NCBI GenBank assembly: GCA_039588275.1
Contig: JBDHAC010000064.1
Span: forward strand, 1 to 18,671
Direction: 5' to 3'
DNA length: 18,671 nt
Source of the DNA: Gemmatimonadota bacterium
Lineage (GTDB): Bacteria > Gemmatimonadota > Gemmatimonadetes > Palauibacterales > Palauibacteraceae
This document shows positions 15,800 to 18,671 of the stretch, piece by piece. The position numbers were made by a program, and so were the translations under genes. A model generated the notes under the pieces. It saw nothing but the letters and a program-made list of their open reading frames with translations, was not told the origin of the DNA and ran no database searches. Within the stretch, counting starts at the first letter, position 1. Each line of letters opens with the position of its first letter.

Positions 15800-16282
15800 A
15801 TGAGACCGCTTCGGATCGGAGTGATCGGTTCGGGTGACGCGACGGCCGAGGCCCAGGAGCTCGCCCGCCAGGTCGGAGCGGCCATCGCGCGCGCGGAAGC
15901 GATCGAGGTGTGCGGCGGTCTCGGGGGGGTGATGAGGGCGGCGGCGGCCGGCGCGACCGAGGATGGCGGTGTCGTCGTCGGTATCCTGCCCGGCACGAGC
16001 GCGGAGGCGGCGGCCCCCGGAGTGACCGTCCCGATTCCGACGGGCCTGGGCGAAGCCCGCAACGTCCTCGTCGTGCGGGCCTCCGAAGCGATCATCGCGA
16101 TCGCCGGTGGGTGGGGAACCATGACCGAGGCCGCCTTTGCACGGAAGTTCGGCGTTCCGGTGATCGGCCTCGCGACGAACCTGCCGGATGAGCTGGTGAC
16201 GGAGCGCGCGGACGACCCGGCCGCCGCCGTAGCGCGGGCCGTCGAGCTCGCCGAGGAGAGAAGAAGGGGGAAGCTCGCATGA
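15800..16282 (+). CDS. TIGR00725 family / LOG-like (SLOG) Rossmann-fold protein
   Basis: Motifs IGVIGSG, VCGGLGGVM, VVGILPG, TGLGEARNVLVV and GGWGTMTEA. Start moved to ATG 15800 behind AGGAG (15791-15795). Confidence 0.88.
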   Translation: MRPLRIGVIGSGDATAEAQELARQVGAAIARAEAIEVCGGLGGVMRAAAAGATEDGGVVVGILPGTSAEAAAPGVTVPIPTGLGEARNVLVVRASEAIIAIAGGWGTMTEAAFARKFGVPVIGLATNLPDELVTERADDPAAAVARAVELAEERRRGKLA

Positions 16283-16662
16283 TCGGCTACCTGTTGTTTG
16301 GCGGGATCCTGATCCTGCTCGCGATAGCGGTCGTGGCGGCAGCCGTACGGAGTGGCAAGAGCGATCAGGTAATCGCCGATCCCGTCCGCGCGCGAAAGGA
16401 TGTTGCCATCGAGGCGTTGCGCGCGCTCGAGTTCGAGTTCCAGACGGGCAAGCTTGCCGAGGAGGAGTACGGACGGCTGCGCCGAGAGCTCGAGGTGGAA
16501 GCGGTACGCGCCCGGGACGACGCGCGGGCGGGTGCACCGGCCGACCGCACCGATGACGGCGGCGGCGAATCCGCCGCCGGGCCGCCCACGTGCGCCAACT
16601 GCGGGAACGATCTGGCGGGAGGCGAGTCGTTCTGTCCCAGCTGCGGAGCGGCGCTGCGTTAG
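16279..16662 (+). CDS. membrane-anchored zinc-ribbon protein (CcmI-N-terminus-like helix plus C4 ribbon)
   Basis: N-terminal TM helix, ALRALEFEFQTGKLAEEEYGRLRRELE segment, and C-terminal CANC-x10-CPSCG. ATGA overlap with the upstream gene. Confidence 0.8.
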   Translation: MIGYLLFGGILILLAIAVVAAAVRSGKSDQVIADPVRARKDVAIEALRALEFEFQTGKLAEEEYGRLRRELEVEAVRARDDARAGAPADRTDDGGGESAAGPPTCANCGNDLAGGESFCPSCGAALR

Positions 16663-16764
16663 CTGCCGTCGAGAACCGCTGGCCGAGGGCCCGTTGAGAG
16701 CCCGTTGACCTCACGATCCACCCTTTGGAGCCCCGTTGGGCGGTTTCGGTCACACCCGAAGAAA

Positions 16765-16793
16765 TTGCGAAAGTCCGATCGGGGTGCTATCGT
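16765..16793 (+). promoter_or_regulatory. putative recA promoter
   Basis: TTGCGA (16765-16770), 17-bp spacer ending in TGn, then TATCGT (16788-16793); GGAGG RBS precedes ATG 16855. Confidence 0.55.
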
Positions 16794-16854
16794 GCGACCT
16801 GCCCGGAGCATTCCCGGTCCGAGAGACGAATCACCTTGATCTGGAGGGCGATCC

Positions 16855-17970
<1,116 letters not shown>

Positions 17971-18016
17971 CCGCGCGGTAACCACACGACGCAGGCCCTG
18001 CAGCCTGCTGGACGCC

Positions 18017-18671
18017 TTGCCACGCGTCACCGCACTCCCATGTTCGAAGCGCCGTCCGGGTTGGATCGATGTCCAGCTGGACGGCGCTCTTGCATGCCGC
18101 CTGCCGATCGACGCCATCGAGTCGTTGGGACTTCGAGTCGGCGACGAGATCGCCCCGGCAGCGCTCGAAGCGCTCGAGGAAGAGGCACACCGGCAGGAGG
18201 CGATGCGCCAAGCCCTGCATTACCTTTCGGCTCGGCCCCGTAGCCGCTGGGAGCTCCGGCGGAACCTGCGCAAGAAGGGATGTCGGGAGGGGACGGTGGC
18301 GGCCGCGCTCGAGCGGTGTGACGCGCTGGGGTACCTGGACGACCGAGCCTTCGCAGCCGCGTACGCGCGCGACCGGATTCGCCTGCGTCCTCGTTCCATC
18401 AGGATGCTGGTGTCCGAGCTGGGAGCGAAAGGGGTCGCTCGTCCCGATGCCGAGGCGGGCGTCGAACGGGCCTTGAGCGACGAGCGTGTAAGCGAGCGTG
18501 AGCTGCTCGCGCGCGCGGCGAAGAAAGGGTCGCGGACGTTGGGTGGGGTCGATCCGCGAGCCGGGCGGCGACGATTGTACGGATACCTGGCCCGTCGAGG
18601 GTTCGCCGCGGACGCGATTCGCGAGTGTCTGGATGAGGTGTCGCGCGATATCTGGGGCGACCTTTCGGAAG
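18017..18671 (+). CDS. recX: regulatory protein RecX (long N-terminal form), truncated by the window edge
   Basis: My translation from TTG 18017 reads MPRVTAL...ALHYLSARPRSRWELRRNLRKKG...GYLDDRAFAAAY...ELGAKGV...RLYGYLARRGF and stays open to the end of the window. It lies directly downstream of recA and is absent from the ORF track because no stop codon is included. Confidence 0.93.
   Translation, partial: MPRVTALPCSKRRPGWIDVQLDGALACRLPIDAIESLGLRVGDEIAPAALEALEEEAHRQEAMRQALHYLSARPRSRWELRRNLRKKGCREGTVAAALERCDALGYLDDRAFAAAYARDRIRLRPRSIRMLVSELGAKGVARPDAEAGVERALSDERVSERELLARAAKKGSRTLGGVDPRAGRRRLYGYLARRGFAADAIRECLDEVSRDIWGDLSE

Overview
GC-rich bacterial chromosomal window of mostly housekeeping genes. 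From left to right: a secreted BNR/VPS10-type beta-propeller protein, a Tat-signal M24-fold hydrolase with an altered metal site, a three-gene pntAA-pntAB-pntB transhydrogenase operon, two hypothetical proteins, a DsbA-family protein, a group II PLP amino-acid decarboxylase, a stand-alone Upf1/DNA2-like SF1 helicase, and then dtd, a TIGR00725/LOG-like gene, a zinc-ribbon membrane protein, recA and recX. recX is missing from the ORF track and runs off the right edge. The most unusual part is the ~800-bp non-coding gap between the helicase and dtd (14522-15315). It holds what looks like a self-contained ~285-nt highly structured RNA gene, with a near-consensus sigma70 promoter, many stems capped by GNRA/UNCG tetraloops, nested long-range helices and a 3' terminator-like hairpin. 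I cannot assign this RNA to tmRNA, RNase P, SRP, tRNA or a riboswitch I recognise. It is bracketed by two copies of a T6A6 palindrome, and the second copy abuts a phased array of DnaA boxes. All structures and family calls were made by eye; no database searches or folding programs were run.
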